This document shows positions 15,695 through 16,351 of a DNA stretch of 16,351 nt, piece by piece. Position 1 is the first letter of the stretch; each line of letters starts with the position of its first letter. The DNA is taken from positions 1-16,351 of the forward strand of contig JAWOID010000125.1 of the NCBI GenBank assembly GCA_046484865.1. Reading direction: 5' to 3'. This DNA is from Candidatus Krumholzibacteriia bacterium. Lineage in GTDB: Bacteria > Krumholzibacteriota > Krumholzibacteriia > LZORAL124-64-63. Under the pieces are notes generated by a model, which had not been told where the DNA came from, searched no databases, and saw only the letters and a program-made list of their open reading frames with translations. Position numbers and translations under genes: made by a program.

Positions 15695-15920
15695 GTCGAA
15701 CTCCTTTCTGACCGGTTGACGAGACGAGACGGAGGACGTCCGGCCCGGCCCCCGCCAGACCGCCTCCCTCCACACCCCCTCAGCCTAGACACGTCCGGCC
15801 GCGCCGGAAGCAAGGGCTGGCTACCACGGCGGCTGGGGCCGCTCCGCAGTCGACCCCGGGGCATCCCGGGTAACCGGGGCCGCCGGCGCCGGCGGCTGAC
15901 GCGCATTCCGGTGCCGGCTC

Positions 15921-15929
15921 TGCTATGAT
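15921..15929 (+). promoter_or_regulatory. Putative extended -10 promoter
   Basis: TGcTATGAT about 45 nt upstream of ATG 15975. Confidence 0.5.
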
Positions 15930-15974
15930 GGGGAGTTCACGAAACGTGCGGCGCACGTCCGGGGAGGACATCGC

Positions 15975-16351
15975 ATGACACTCGACCGTAGCCGCTGGCT
16001 CATCCCGATCGTCGCGGCCATGCTCGCGACCGGCCCCGGGGCGCGACCCGCGGCCGCCGAAGTGGAGCCGGCCATGCCGCCCGACCGGCTGGCCGGCGAG
16101 GTGATGGCCTTCCTCCTCTCGGACGTGGGCGAGGGAGGCATCCGGACCGACGGGGACGATCCCCAGGGCTACCCCGTGCCGCCGTACTTCTATCACTACG
16201 CCATCCGCGACTCGAACAGCCTCTGGTCGTGGGGCCCCGGGTACCCCGGCTACCTGGCGGTGAGCTATCCCGCCTACACCGCGTCCGTCGCCATCGACGC
16301 CTTCCTGGACCACCGGCGCTGGACCGGCGATCCCGAGTTGCTCGCACGCGC
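15975..16351 (+). CDS. Secreted hypothetical protein (5' part, truncated by window end), possibly alpha/alpha-toroid glycosidase-like
   Basis: Not in the ORF track. GGAGGA RBS; MTLDRSRWLIPIVAAMLATGPGARPAAA signal-like N-terminus; ...YFYHYAI...SYPAYTASVAIDAFLDHRRWTGDPELLAR, open to the window end. Confidence 0.75.
   Translation, partial: MTLDRSRWLIPIVAAMLATGPGARPAAAEVEPAMPPDRLAGEVMAFLLSDVGEGGIRTDGDDPQGYPVPPYFYHYAIRDSNSLWSWGPGYPGYLAVSYPAYTASVAIDAFLDHRRWTGDPELLAR

Noticed and set aside
15782..15813. TTGCTT...TAGGCT promoter for the PRC gene
   Set aside because: The 20-nt spacer is too long, and the -10 alone is insufficient evidence.

Overview
Very GC-rich bacterial chromosomal segment (roughly 70-75% GC by eye) with about 18 densely packed genes, mostly on the minus strand. 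I see no mobile element, CRISPR array or RNA gene. It holds two long minus-strand operon-like runs. (i) 7074->1: class V PLP enzyme (CefD/Egt2/LCD-like), serine racemase/dehydratase with the racemase-type SSGN motif, MFS transporter, DUF985 cupin, FadM-like thioesterase, atypical Nramp-like transporter and PutP-like Na+/solute symporter (cut by the window edge). (ii) 14071->8430: acylphosphatase, Cof-type HAD, group II PLP decarboxylase, stand-alone DsbD-N domain, RRM RNA-binding protein, DUF4149 membrane protein and App1-type phosphatase. Between them on the plus strand are an Mpv17/PMP22-like membrane protein and a 69-aa Cys-rich orphan. At the right end are a secreted tandem PRC-barrel/OB-fold protein with a 9-aa Q/R/Y/G/S repeat and the start of a divergent secreted protein. 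The most notable points are the small Cys-rich gene, the PRC/repeat/OB-fold architecture, a 20-nt element shared by two ribosome-binding regions, the racemase/epimerase-like operon, and five independent short tandem repeats. All family calls come from motif recognition, not database searches.
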